Below, piece by piece: positions 1-12,469 of a DNA stretch of 64,000 nucleotides. The position numbers and the translations under genes are program-made. Position 1 is the first letter of the stretch. The number at the start of each line of letters is the position of its first letter. The stretch is from Mobula hypostoma (Eukaryota), in NCBI RefSeq assembly GCF_963921235.1, contig NC_086108.1:7378001-7442000 (forward strand), in the 5' to 3' direction. The notes below the pieces were generated by a model. That model saw only the letters and a list, made by a program, of their open reading frames with translations. It was not told where the DNA came from and made no database searches.

Positions 1-505
1 GGTTAGGCAGATATATATTCAGGGTGCCTGAGACTTGCACAGTACTCCATGTGCCTACGTGGAGAAGAGGGTGAGTGAAAATCTGGCAGCAGCAGAGGGT
101 GTTGGGAGTGGCGAGGGTGGAGCGCCAGCTGGACGGGTGTGGGACAGGTGGCAGAGAGGGAGTGCCAGGGGCAGGGCATGGCATGAGTGCAAACCCACTC
201 AGCACTGAGACACCAGGCAAGGTCATTTGATTTCAAACAAATGGTTTATTGATCATCACAGAATGTCTCTCTGGTGCTTCCCACTCCCTCCCCTCTCCCT
301 TCCCCTTTTCCCAGCCATGATTCCCCTTTCCCTGTCCCCTTCCCACTCTCAGTCCACAATAGAGACCCAGATCAGAATCAGGTTTATCGTCACTCACATA
401 CGTCATGAAACTTGTTTTTATTGTGTGGTGGCAGTACAGCACAATACATAAAATTACTACAGTACTGTGCAAATGATTTAGGCACCTTAGCAATATATAT
501 TTGCA
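1..505 (-). mobile_element. Composite non-autonomous element with palindromic mini-MITE ends (copy 1)
   Basis: Reverse complement of the core at 38369-38757 (aatcagaatcaggtttatc..., ccactctcagtccacaatagagaccc). Remnants of cagtactgtgcaaa..ttaggcac at both ends (1-47 and 459-505). Confidence 0.7.
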
Positions 506-558
506 CAATTTATCTTCCTTGCACATTGGTTGTTTGTCAGCCTTTATTTATGTATAGT

Positions 559-868
559 GGGCACATGGCCAAGTGGTTAAGGCATTGGACTAGCGACCTG
601 AAGGTCGTGAGTTCGAGCCCCAGCCGAGGCAACATGTTGTGTCCTTGAGCAAGGCACTTGATCACATACTGCTCTGCAACGACACTGGTGCTGAGCTGTA
701 TGGGTCCTAATGCCCTTCCCTTGGACAACATTGGTGTTGTGGAGAGGGGAGACTTGCAGCATGGGCAACTGCCGATCTTCCATACAACCTTGCCCAGGCC
801 TGCACCCTGGAGAGTGAAGACTTTCCAGGCGCAGATCCATGGTCTCGCAAGACTAACGGATGCCTTTA
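559..868 (+). mobile_element. Full-length tRNA-derived SINE with 17-bp TSD
   Basis: A box TGGCCAAGTGG, B box GTTCGAGCC, central gtgtccttgagcaaggcactt domain, tail ccatggtctcgcaagactaacggatgcc. TSD ctttattta(t/c)gtatagt at 542-558 and 869-885. Confidence 0.9.
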
Positions 869-1025
869 CTTTATTTACGTATAGTTTTTAACAAGTTCCA
901 CTGTATTTCCTGTAAATGCCTGGAGAAAACAAATCTCAAGGTGGTATATGCTGGCATACTGTATCGGTACTTTGATAATCAATGTGCTTTGATGTGATGT
1001 GAGGTTTGAGGGCAGCCATTCCCCA

Positions 1026-1044
1026 TGACCACCAGGTGGCGACA
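1026..1044 (+). promoter_or_regulatory. CTCF-like motif in unique sequence
   Basis: tgaccaccaggtggcgaca closely matches the CTCF core CCACCAG(G/A)(G/T)GGCG. Motif match only. Confidence 0.4.
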
Positions 1045-1219
1045 GTTACTGCGTTTGACATTGAGTGCGGCCCAGGGGAACACTCTGCTGGACAGCTCAA
1101 ACTGCATGGCCACGCTAAACCAAACCAGACAAGTGCAGCTGCCAGTCTAACCCAGCAGTATTCTATAAACAGCAAGCCGATAGCGACACCATAGAACCAC
1201 AGGTGAGAGCCTGCTTTGA

Positions 1220-1945
1220 ATCAAAGTAAATTTTATTATCAGAGTGCACATATACAGCCCAGAGGTTCACTTTCCTCTGGGCAAACTCAGCAAATCTATG
1301 GAATAGTAACTACAACAGGATCAATGAAAGATCTAGCAGAGTGCAGAAGACAGCAAACTGTGCAAATGCAAATATAAATAAATAGCAATAAATAACAAGA
1401 GCATGAGATAATGAGATAAAGAGTCCTTAAAGTGAGATCATTGGTTGTAGGAACATTTCAATGATGGGGAAAGTGAGTGTAGTTATTGCCTTTTATTCAA
1501 AGCCTGAAGGTTGAGGGGTAGTAACTGTACCTGAACCTGGTGATGCGAGTCCTAAGACTTTTGTACTTTCTTCCTGATGGCAGCATGGCCTGGGTGGTGG
1601 GGATCTCTGATGATGGATGCTGCCTTCCTACGACAGCGTTTCATGTGGACGTGCTCAGTTGCTGAGAGGGCTTTACCTGTGATGGACCGGACCGACCGAA
1701 TACCCTACCTTTCGTAGGATTTCCCATTGCCGGGCTTTGGTGTTCCAATCCCAGACCGTGATGCAACCAGTCAGTACACTCTCCACCACACACCTATAGA
1801 AATTTGTCAGAGTTTTAGCTGTCATGCTGAATATTCACAAACTCCTGAGGAAGTAGAGGTGCTGCTGTGATTGCACTTCCGTGCTGGGTGCAGGACTGAT
1901 CCTCTGAAATAGTAAGACCTAGGAATTTAAAGTTGCTGGCCCTTC
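1220..1945 (-). mobile_element. Rex1/Babar-type LINE 3' fragment
   Basis: Degenerate match to the family tail and to the KAASII.DPHHPGHA..PSGRRY coding region seen in other copies. Confidence 0.75.
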
Positions 1946-2264
1946 CCCACCATTTGGAAAATGTCTCCCCTTTTTTGATAAGGATCCTGTGGAACCTGGA
2001 TTCACTGTTCCCTCAGATCACAGCATCTCACTAGATGGAAACCAATTTTGCAATTACCACCTAGAAGGAAACCACTTTTTCCCCATTTTCACTGTGACCC
2101 CACAACGTACTCTCTCTTACCTACTAAACGTCTCCCTTTTAATTGTTTTCCCACTTATGACACCGGGTGAGCGGGGGAGGCAATTTACAGTGGCCAGTCT
2201 TGGGATGTGGGATGTATCCTGGAGGGATCCCACGTAGACACAGGGAGAATCCAAATGCAAAGGG

Positions 2265-3125
2265 GTTTGGATTCCTTGCAGGTAACTTGCAGGTTGAGTT
2301 GGTGGTGAGGAAGGCAAATTCGATGTTAGCATTCATTTTGAGAGAACTGGAATATAAAAGCAAGGATGTAATGTTGAGGTACTGGCGGGGCCTCACTTGG
2401 AGTATTGTGAGCAGTTTTGTGCCCCTTATCTAAGAAAAGATGTCCTGACATTGGAGAGGGTCCAAAGGAAGATCACAAGAATGATCCCAGAAATGAAAGG
2501 GTTCATGTATGAGGAGCATTTGATGGCTCTGGGCCTGGACTCACTGGAGTTTGGAAGAATTTGCGGGGGGGTGGAGGGAAGGACCTCTTTGAAACATATT
2601 GCACGTTGAAAGCCCTCAATAGAGTGGATGTGGGGAGGATGTTTCCAAGGGTGGGAGAGTCTAAGACTAGAGGGCACAGCCTCAGAATAGAGGGACATTG
2701 CTTTAGAACAGAGATGAGGAGGAACTTCCTTAGCGAGAAGGTGGTGAATCTGTGGAATTCATTGCCGCAGGCGGCTATGGAGGTCAAGTCTTCGGGTATA
2801 TTTAGGGCAGCGGTTGATAGATTCTTGATTAGTCAGGGCATGAAGGGATACGCGGAGAAGGCTGGAGATTAGGGCCGAAATGGATCAGCCATGATGAAAT
2901 AACGGAGCAGACATGATGGGTTGAATGGCCTAATTCTGCTCCAATATTCTTATGGTCTTATAATTGAAGTGGAGGTTGATAGGTTCTTGATTAGTCAGGA
3001 TGCCAAAGGTGGCAGGGAGAAGGAAGGGAAATGGGGTTGAGAGGGATAATAAATTAGCCATGATAGAATAGTGGAACAGATTTGATGGGCAGAATGGCCT
3101 CATTAGTTCCTGTGTCTTATGGTCT
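2265..3125 (+). mobile_element. CR1-type LINE 3' fragments (two adjacent 3' ends)
   Basis: Frameshifted peptides LEYCEQFCAPYLRKDVLTLERVQRKITRMIP and TRGHSLRIEG..RRNFLSEKVVNLWNSLPQ, followed by cttatggtctt tails. Confidence 0.9.
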
Positions 3126-3149
3126 TCTGGGAGGCAGGAGGTTACTCAC

Positions 3150-3207
3150 CAAGTTCCATCAGGCTGCCTGATGATCATGGACACAGGACCCAACGTTCAG
3201 AACATTT
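3150..3207 (-). other. Candidate 58-nt exon (possibly containing a start codon)
   Basis: Minus strand: polypyrimidine tract ...cttgttgctcctgctctgggcag| acceptor and TTG|gtgagt donor, in a non-repeat island. Confidence 0.35.
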
Positions 3208-3458
3208 CTGCCCAGAGCAGGAGCAACAAGTGGTGAGGGGGTGAAGAGAGGGAGAAGCTTCCTGAGGCCTAGTGCTTCGCGCAACGCTTTCCAGCCCCAG
3301 CGACCTGGGTCCTATTCCCGCTGATGTCTGTGGGGGGTCTGTACGCTCTCCTCGTGACCGCCTGGGTGTCGTCCAGGCGCTCCAGTTTCCAAAGGCGTAC
3401 GGGTTAGTGGGTCAGCTGATCAGCGCTGGCTCGTTGGGCTAGATGGACATGTTACCAC

Positions 3459-4213
3459 AGAAACCATAGAAACCATAGAAAAACTACAGCACAGAAACAG
3501 GCCTTTTGGCCCTTGGCTGTGCCGAACCATTTTCTGCCTAGTCCCACTGACCTGCACATGGACCATATCCCTCCATACACCTCCCATCCATGTATCTGTC
3601 CAATTTATTCTTAAATGTTAAAAAAGAACCCGCATTTACCACCTCGTCTGGCAGCTCATTCCATACTCCCACCACTCTCTGTGTGAAGAAGCCCCCCCTA
3701 ATGTTCCCTTTAAACTTTTCCCCCCTCACCCTTAACCCATGTCCTCTGGTTTTTTTCTCCCCTTGCCTCAGTGGAAAAAGCCTGCTTGCATTCACTCTAT
3801 CTATACCCATCATAATTTTATATACCTCTATCAAATCTCCCCTTATTCTTCTACGCTCCAGGGAATAAAGTCCTAACCTATTCAACCTTTCTCTGTAACT
3901 GAGTTTCTCAAGTCCCGGCAATATCCTTGTAAACCTTCTCTGCACTCTTTCAACCTTATTTATATCCTTCCTGTAATTTGGTGACCAAAACTGAACACAA
4001 TACTCCAGATTCGGCCTCACCAATGCCTTATACAACCTCATCATAACATTCCAGCTCTTAAACTCAATACTTCGATTAATTAAGGCCAATGTACCAAAAG
4101 CTCTCTTTACGACCCTATCTACCTGTGATGCCACTGTTAGGGAATTTTGTATCTGTATTCCCAGATCCCTCTGTTCCACTGCACTCCTCAGTGCCTTACC
4201 ATTAACCCTGTAT
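3459..4213 (-). mobile_element. Young CR1 LINE 3' end (uninterrupted 213-aa ORF2 C-terminus)
   Basis: ORF 3538..4179 contains LYKALVRPNLEYCVQFWSP...RRRIRGDLIEVYKIM...FFTQRVVGVWNELP. (gaaaccata)n tail at 3459-3480. Confidence 0.95.
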
Positions 4214-4616
4214 GACCCTGCCGTATCTCTACATCAAATCTTCCAACCGTGGAGGCAGGGCAGGGTTCCCAACCTTTATTATGCCATGGACCAATAGCAC
4301 GAAGCAAGGGGTCCGTGAGCCCCAGGTGAGGAACCCCTGCTGCAAGGGAAAACTGAAGCAAGAATGGGTGCATCTGTAGGTCAGGCAGCATCCGTGGAGA
4401 GAGAAAGAGTCAGTGGTTCAGTCTGTTTCTGCACAGTAATGTTGACTCACTGTCTGTCTCTCTTGACCTGCTGAGCATTTCCTGTTTTCTAGCATTGGTT
4501 GTTTTTCGGAGTGCCTGGCATGGTTTCGTTGCCCTCCCTCCAAAACAACATTTGCACTTTCACATTGCTAATTGTTCTGCGGTGAGGTCACCGAGAACCA
4601 GTTCTTCTGCATTTTT

Positions 4617-5130
4617 GACCATAAGAGATAGGAGCAGAATTAGGCCATTCAGCCCATTGAATATGCTCCATATTCTACCATGGCTGGTTTATTATCTCTC
4701 TTAACCCCATTCTTCTGCCTTCTCACCACAACGTTTGACATCCTGACTAAACAAGAACCTATCAACCTCCGCTTTAAATATACCCAATGACTTGACCTCC
4801 ACAGTCATCTGTGGCAACAAATTCCACGGATTCACCACCCTCTGGCTAAAGAAATTCCTCCTTATCTCTGTTCTAAAAGGACGTCCTTCTAATCTGAGGC
4901 TGTGCCCTCTGCTCCTAGACTCCCTCATTATAGGAAACATCCTCTCCACATTCACTCTACCAAGGCCTCTCAGTATTCAATAGGTTTTAATGAGATCCCC
5001 CCCGTCATTCTTCTAAACTTTAGTGAGTACAGGCCCAGAGCCATCAAACACTCCTCGTGTGTTAACTCGTTCATTACCAGAATCATTTTGTACACCTCCC
5101 CTGAACCTTGTCCGATGCCAGCATGTACTT
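4617..5130 (-). mobile_element. CR1 LINE 3' fragment
   Basis: Peptide SRGHSLRLEGRPFRTEIRRNFFSQRVVNPWNLLPQ, and gaccataagagataggagcagaattaggcc tail. Confidence 0.9.
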
Positions 5131-5217
5131 TTTTTTCGGTAAGGATTCAGATATCTGGCATCTACTGTGGTGAACACAAGTGAGTTTTTCACCATCTCAG
5201 AACATTCCTGAATTTAC

Positions 5218-5341
5218 CTCTGGTCTGCCCTGGCCCTCTCGATCTGCACCAACCAGGCCAGCTGCCCAAGACCTCATGTCCAGCACGTCAACAACCCTGC
5301 TCTGTGTACCTAACCTTGGCCCTCCAGTGTGGAATGTTTAC
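5218..5341 (-). other. Candidate 124-nt non-coding exon
   Basis: Minus strand ctgttgttggattttcag| acceptor and GAG|gtaaat donor in unique sequence between LINEs. Stop codons occur in all three frames. Confidence 0.25.
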
Positions 5342-5361
5342 CTGAAAATCCAACAACAGAC

Positions 5362-6540
5362 TTCTATCGATGCACAGTGGAGAGTATCCTGACTGGCTGC
5401 ATCACAGCCTGGTATGCAAACACCAATGCCCAAGAATGGAAAAGTCTACAGAAAGACGGCAGACAGACGTAACCCAGTCCATCACAGGCAAAGCCCGCTC
5501 CATCATTTCGTACATCTACAACGAGCACTGTTGCTGGAAAGCAGCATCCATCATCAAGGACCCCACCACCCAGGCCATGCTCTCTTCTTGCTGTTTCCAA
5601 CAGGCAGGAGGTACAGAAGCCTCAGGTACCACACCACCAGATTCAGGAACAGTTATTACCCCACAACCATCAGGCTCCTGAACCAGTGTGGATAACTTCA
5701 CTCACCACAATGAGCCTCAGGTCCCACACCACCAGGTTCAGGAACAGTTATTACCCCACAACCATCAGGCTCCTGAACCAGTGTGGATAACTTCACTCAC
5801 CACAATGAGCCTCAGGTCCCACACCACCAGGTTCAGGAACAGTTATTACCCCACAACCATCAGGCTCCTGAACCAGTGTGGATAACTTCACTCACCACAA
5901 TGAGCCTCAGGTCCCACACCACCAGGTTCAGGAACAGTTATTACCCTACAACCATCAGGCTCCTGAACCAGTGTGGATAACTTCACTCACCACAATGAGC
6001 CTCAGGTCCCACACCACCAGGTTCAGGAACAGTTATTACCCCACAACCATCAGGCTCCTGAACCAGTGTGGATAACTTCACTCACCACAATGAGCCTCAG
6101 GTCCCACACCACCAGGTTCAGGAGCAGTTATTACCCCACAACCATCAGACTCCTGAACCAGTGTGGATAACTTCACTCACCACAATGAGCCTCAGGTCCC
6201 ACACCACCAGGTTCAGGAACAGTTATCACCCCACAACCATCAGGCTCCTGAACCAGTGTGGATAACTTCACTCACCACAACACTGAACCGATTCCACAAC
6301 CTACAGACTCACTTTCAAAGACTCTACAACTCATGTTCTCATATTATTTATTTTATTTGCACTGTTAGTTTTGTTTTGCACATTGATTGTTTGTCAGTCT
6401 TTGTTCATGTATAGTTTCTTGTAAAACTCTATGGTATTTATTTCTTTCCTGTAAGTGCCTGCAAGGAACTCGATCTTGGGGCTGTGTATGGTACCGTAAA
6501 TGTACATACTTCGATAATAAATTTACTTTGATCTTTGAGC
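5362..6540 (+). mobile_element. Rex1/Babar-type LINE 3' end hosting a 95-bp tandem array
   Basis: YRCTVESILTGCITAWY...HHPGHALFLLFPTGRRYRSLRYHTTRFRNSYYPTTIRLLN, then a 3' UTR ending gataataaatttactttga. Confidence 0.85.
5618..6280 (+). repeat. 95-bp tandem array, 7 units
   Basis: agcctcagg recurs at 5618, 5713, 5808, 5903, 5998, 6093 and 6188. Units are nearly identical. Confidence 0.98.
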
Positions 6541-8572
6541 TTTAGTGCCACATGACTGAAAACTAACTTTCAGGCCAGTTAGCAGCTTCTGGTCAGAGAA
6601 ACCGACTCATCAGCCGTACAAAACCAAAACAACTTTTCAGAATTGCTTGCATCATACACCGGGGTGCTCTCTTCAGTTACCTAATGAGGTAAGCGTAGTC
6701 TTTGGCCAGGGGCAGATGTCGTCAGGTGGTGCCCAGCCTTCATAGAGTGTTTCGACCCTTAACCACTACACTGTCCGGTTGGCGGATCGGCAGTGGTGCC
6801 AAGTCACTGCCCATCTGCCCAACTCCCCTCGCCGGCTCCATATCCAGCAGGAGGATCTTTCTGCTTCCTCCCCCATCCTGTGAGCTGCTTGGTTCTTGGT
6901 CTTTTCATCAAAGCCCAGCGCAGACAGCAACCTCTATGCTGACCTTACCGGAAACCCTCTACGGCCGATCTCCACCGGGAATAGCCACGTCTGCCGTCCT
7001 TTGTCCCTGCACTCCTGGACTAAGGACTGGTACTTCAGGGCATTCCTCGCATGAGCCTCCTTGCCGTTCCTCCCATGGCACTGTGAGCTCCATTGGGATT
7101 ATTTCCTTGTTTTCAGAGGATCACAGTACGATGTCTGGTCAAAGTGTGGCTTATACCACCTGGGGAATCTGAAGCTTCCTCCTCACATTGACCCTCATCT
7201 CCCATGATCTGGCAGTTTGCAGCAGGTTGGATTTAGGCACCTTGATCTGACTGGCCTGGCCCTCTCCTGCTCCAGTGTGTCAGCAAGGGACAGCAGGACC
7301 ATGTCGTGGCACCACCTATACCATCCTTGTGTCAAAGCTGCTTTGCATCCTGACAGTAACCTCGCTGACCACAAGGCTTGCAGTTAGAGTCCTGTGTGTG
7401 CAGCTGTGATGGCACAGGGAGAGTGTCAAACACGGACAGCAGGAGGAAAGAAATGCGGAAGGGCTTCAAAGCCCTGCCCAAGTGATCTTACACTGGGGAA
7501 GATCCCATTTCGTCCAGGCACCCTGTGACCCCCAACTCCACTGCCCTCGGTAACCACCTTTCGTTCTTGTGGTTCCGTACTTCTGCCTGGACCATTTACG
7601 CCTCTCCCTCGCACTTGCACTCCCCCATCGTTGGAAGTGTGCAGAGCTGAGGCCTTGCCGTCCCAGGCATGGGTTGCCAATGATGTCTCTCAATTGCAGG
7701 GAGCTCACCGCCTGGTCTGTGGCCGAGCTAGTGGCCCAGTCTTCTTGTGACCCCTGCTTGGTTTATTAGCTTGTCATCGAGCCCCTCAGTGTCAACACAA
7801 CTCTACACTTTGCCACCTTGAACTCCTCCACTACCGATGACAACGGGAGCTGTATCTGGCCTGATCTTACGTAGGGCCCCACTGAAGAAAACTTGGTGTT
7901 GGGGGGCAGATCCCCAGCCATCTCCCCAGCTGCTTGTTGACTTTCCTCTCAATCCCTCTGCAGTGGCCATGGGGAGCTCATACACCATGAAAGCCAAAGT
8001 AGCCTTGGTAGAAGCCCATCTTAGTACAATCATGTCTTAAGTTTACCAGGAAGTCCAGTTTTGTCAATCTTCTTCAGCCACTCTTCAGTCTGATTTACAG
8101 TGTTGGTGATGTTAGTGGTGTCTGTTATTGCTGCTTTCAAACATTTTCCAAGACAATTTAATGGGTTGTCCTCTATGGCTGGAATGACTTTTCCCTGTAC
8201 TTGAAGACTGAATTTACTGCTAACCTTGCCCTTTTTGATCACCATGCATCTGGACTTCCTGGTCTTGAAGGTCATCCTAGCCCAGGTAGCTACGTTGTCC
8301 AGGGTTTCCAATACCCATCTTGCTTGGACATGAGTTACAGTGGTTACTGTGATGTCATCCACGAACCCCTGAGTTGCAGGTTGTCGGATGCCGGGGTCCA
8401 TCGCTGGGTCTCAGGTTACGTCTGCTGCCGCTGATATGAGGAGGTCCATACCCATGACGACCAAGATGGGGGAGATGGTACAGCTGGTTGGAATCCCTTT
8501 TTGGAGGTTTTGCCACCCAGTTGTAAAGTGGGCTGAAGTGAAGTGTGGCTTGAATCCTCCCAGGTAGCTGGT

Positions 8573-9465
8573 GACACACACATAATGCTGGAGGAACTCA
8601 GCAGGCCAGGCAGCATCCATGGAAGAGTCAACATTTTGGGCCGAGACCCTTCAGTAGGCCTGGAGAAATAAAAGATGAGGAGTCAGTTAGGAGGTAGGGG
8701 GAGGAGAGGAGAAACACAAGGATGGGCGAAACTGGGGGAGGGGTGAAGTAAAGAGCTGGGAAGCTGATTGGTGAAAGAGGTACAGGGCTGGAGGTGGAAG
8801 AATCTAATAAGTGAGGATAGGAGGCCATGGAAGAAACAAAAGGGGGAAGGAGCACCAGAAATAGGCAGGCAAGGAGATAAGGTGAGAGAGGGAAAAGGGG
8901 ATAGGGAATGGTGAAGGGGGAGGGCATTACTGGAAGTTCGAGAAATCGATGTTCATGCCATCAGGTTGGAGACTACCAGATGGAATATAAGGTGTTGTTC
9001 CTCCAACCTGAGTGTGGACTCATCATGACAGTGGAGGAGACCATGGATAGATATATTGGAAAGGGAATGGGAAGTGGAATTGAAATGGGTGGCCACTGGG
9101 AGATCCCGTTTGTTCTGGCAGACGGAGCACAGGTGCTCAGTGAAGCGGTCTCCCAATCTACGTCAGGGCTCACCGATATGCAGGAGGTCACACCGAACAC
9201 AGAAAATGACCCCAACAGACTCACAGGCGAGGTGTCGCCTCACCTGGAAGGACTTTTTGGGGCCCTGAATGGTAGTGAGGGAGCAGGTGTAGCACTTGTT
9301 CTGCTTGCCAGGATAAGTGCCAGGAGGATGAATGGACAAAGGAGTCACATAGGGAGCGATCCCTGCGGATAGCAGAAAGTTGGGGGGGGGGAGGTGTGCT
9401 CAATGATGGGATTCCGCTGGAGATGGTGGAAGTTGCAGAGAAAATTATGTGCTGGATGCAGAAGC
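8573..9465 (-). mobile_element. Penelope-like element, 5'-truncated, nested in the Hero-like element
   Basis: GIY-YIG C-terminal peptides LLHIGEP..LGDRFTEHLCSVCQNKRDLPVATHFNSTSHS..RLEEQHLIFHL, pyrimidine-rich 3' region, degenerate hammerhead at 8625-8662. Confidence 0.9.
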
Positions 9466-11194
9466 ATGGTGATCAAGAGGAAGATTTGGACTAAAGGCTC
9501 TATCCCACCAAGCTGGAAAATGGCTGAAGGATGCTTTGTTGCTAAGGAAGAAGATTCCTCCACAATCACCCAGATTAGGACCATCTCCCTCCTTAGCATG
9601 GGTTGCAAGATATTCTTCTCGGTGCTTGCGAGAAGGCTGGTCTCTGACTTAATGAAGAATCACTATATCAACACATATGCTGGGTTTTTCTTGCTGATTA
9701 TGTCTCATGTTACTGGTGGGATATGGTAATGTGCAGGCCAGCCTGGATAAGGACATGTGGAATTGACCCGTAGGTGTTGGCTAGGTCTACTCAGACGACT
9801 GTCAGGTCGCCTTTCTACTGCCTGGCCTCGCTGATTATTGAGGTGTGTTCAGGGCACCCAGAGAAACCTGGGGTGTCACCTTTCTGGAGGGATGTGTTGA
9901 TATAGTGGTTCTCCATTAAGTCAGAGACCGGCCTTCTCACAAGCACCGAGAAGGATATCTTGCACTCCCTGCTAAGGAGGGAGATTGTCCTAAACTGGGT
10001 GATTGTGAAGGAATCTTCTTCCTTGGGAACAAAGAATCCTTCAGTTATTTTCCAGCTTGATGGGATAAAGCCTTTGGTCCAACTCTTCCTCATTATCTTC
10101 CACAACCTCCAGAGGAGTTTTGGACATTTCTTAGGTATTCCACTTGCTCCTGGGGTGACAGGTGACTTTGCTGTCTTCTGCCACGTTCAGCTCAGTTGCT
10201 GGAATTCTTGGTTGGGGGACTTTCGGATTGAACTGTAGTTTCTGATTCCTACGGGGATCTCCGTGTGATTTCTGCAGAAATTCTTCCACCTCCTGCTTTG
10301 AGCTGGTTAGGGTGCCAGGTTTTTGATGGCTGAGAAGAGCCTAGGTGAACCTGAGCGGGTTTTTAACAAACTGCACTCTCCTTCTCTCTTTCTCCCTTCT
10401 TCACCTTCACAGCTGCTCCACCCTCCTGAACTTGCACAGCTGTTCCTGCAGTTTGCCGGTTCGATCCTTGACAACCTTTATCGCCAGGTGAACTGTTTTT
10501 GAATTGTTTGTTCAGGGTCTTTGTCTCACTTCTCAGGTGGCGAATCTCCTATTTCCTCCTGGTTGGTTGCTGTGATGGTTTAAGATCCCCTTTCTTCTTC
10601 ACTGGGCTGAATCAATCTTTTGGCAAAGTTGAACACAATGGCTGTGAGGAAGTCAGTTTTCATGTAGACAGGCCCTGCCAATGTAACTTCCAAGCTGCAA
10701 TCCAGGTTGTCATCAACCTGTTTCCATGATACATTGTCTGACGATCTTGGCCATCTGATCCTCTCTTTCTTTGATGAATGGATTAGGTGTCAGAAGGGGC
10801 ACTCACTTGGTCTCTCTGGCACTGGGACAGCTCAGGTGTAGAGAGATCTTCAGCTCTGTGGGGTGCTTCCTGGCTGGAGTTCTGCATCATCTCAGCGGAC
10901 GTTGAGTCTGTGCATTGCCCTTTGAGTCACTTTCATTCCACAGCTGGACCTGCTTTGATGTTTTTGCAGATTTTGCCACGATAGTACTTTGCAATGAATG
11001 CCTCCCTGGTCAGTGTCGTTCGCTTGAGCCTTCTCATTATCATATTTCCAGTCCTGGCTGTTGTCATTATGTCTGTCCCATAGCCTCTCATTCTTCCCCC
11101 CACCCCCACCACCCGGGAGACTCTGGGGGGTATTGTGTATTTAGATCATCCGGAGCTTGTATGGTGCCCCCTTGCGAGTGCTGCACACAAGGTT

Positions 11195-11278
11195 GCTAGC
11201 CCTGTGTGTCCGTGCCAGCCTTTCCTGGAGGCTGGCGCTAGCCCTGTGTGTCCGTGCCAGCCTTTCCTGGAGGCTGGC
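11195..11278. repeat. 42-bp tandem duplication
   Basis: gctagccctgtgtgtccgtgccagcctttcctggaggctggc occurs twice in tandem. Confidence 0.95.
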
Positions 11279-11339
11279 TCTCTTTCCAGCATCACCAACC
11301 GTTCTCAGTTGCCATCCAGACTTTCCACGTCACGCCTAT

Positions 11340-12015
11340 CACTTGCATTTGTTATCTTTGTGGCAGCAGTTCAATGCAATATATAATAATAATAATAATA
11401 GAAAAACATCAAGAATTACAATAAGTATATATATTAAGTAGTTAAATTTTAAAAAGTAATGCAAAAATAGAAATTTAAAAGGTGGTGAGGTAGTGTTCAT
11501 GGGTTCAATGTCCATTCAGAAATCAGATGACAGAGGGGAAGGAGCTGTTTCTGAATCGTTGAGTGTGTGTCTTCAGGCTCCTGTACCTCCTCCCTGATGG
11601 TAGCAATGAGAAGAGGGCAGGTTCTGGGTGATGGGCGTCCTTAATGATGGACGCTGCCTTTTTGAGGCATCGCTCCTTGAAGATGCCCTGGATACTACAA
11701 GGGCTAGTGCCCATGATGGAGCTGACTGAGTTTACAACCCTCTGCAGGTTATTTCAATCCTGTGCAGTAGCCCCCACCGCGACCCCCCACATACCAGACA
11801 GTTAGATTGCTCTCCATGGTACATCTGTAGACATTTGCCAGTGTCTTTAGTGACAAACTAAATCTCCTCAAACTCCTAATGAAATATATTTACTGTCGTG
11901 CCTTCTTTGTAACTGCATCAATATGTTGGGAGCAGATTAGACCCTCAGAGATATTTACACCCAGGAACTTAAAATTGCTCACTCTTTCCACTCTGATCCC
12001 TCAATGAGGACTGAA
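11340..12015 (-). mobile_element. Rex1/Babar-type LINE 3' fragment
   Basis: CLKKAASIIKDAHHPEPALFSLLPSGRRYRSLKTHTQRFRNSSFPSVI (ORF 11523..11714). Confidence 0.85.
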
Positions 12016-12469
12016 CATCCACCCACAATAATCCTTTTTTATTCTTCCCACAGATTAGACCAGTAAACCATAAGATATAGGAACAGAATGAGGCCATTCG
12101 GCCCAACAGCTCTGCCTGCCCATTCCACCACGGCTGATTTATTATCCCTCTCAACCTTGTTCTCCTGCCTTCTCCCCGTAACCTTTGACACTCTTAGTTC
12201 TATCCCCTACCAACACTCAGCAGACGGCTTACAGTGGTCAACTAACTCATGGCCTTGCGCGTCTTTGGACTGTGGGAGGAAACTGGAGCGCCCGGTGGAA
12301 ACCCACGTGGTCGCAGGGAGAGCTTGCAGACTCCACACTGACAGCTCCAGAGGTCAGGGGTCGAAGCTGACAGGCAGCGGCTCTACACACTCCCTGCAAA
12401 CAGTGAGGCAGTGAAGAGGGCTTCATCAGCAGGAAGCCTCTGCCTCTTCTCCTCACCTCCCCCGCTGCC

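Larger units (their letters stand above)
6560..11330 (-). mobile_element. Degraded Hero-like (R2-group, restriction-like endonuclease) non-LTR retrotransposon, interrupted
   Basis: N-terminal GKICKN and RIRWP motifs (~10700-10990). RT peptides EGFFVPKEEDSFTITQFRTISLL..QKGDTPGFSGCPEH (9815-10105), DLANTYGSIPH (~9755-9790), LQKGIPTSCTISPIL and GFVDDITVTT (8030-8570). C-terminal WRHDMVL, PDIVL, ELTVPWEE and FPVEIGRRGF (6950-7320). Many stops and frameshifts. Confidence 0.85.

Noticed and set aside
559..630. tRNA gene
   Set aside because: It is the head of a SINE, continuing into a body and tail bounded by a 17-bp TSD.
3538..4179. Functional 213-aa protein gene
   Set aside because: It is the C-terminus of a 5'-truncated CR1 ORF2, open only because the copy is young.
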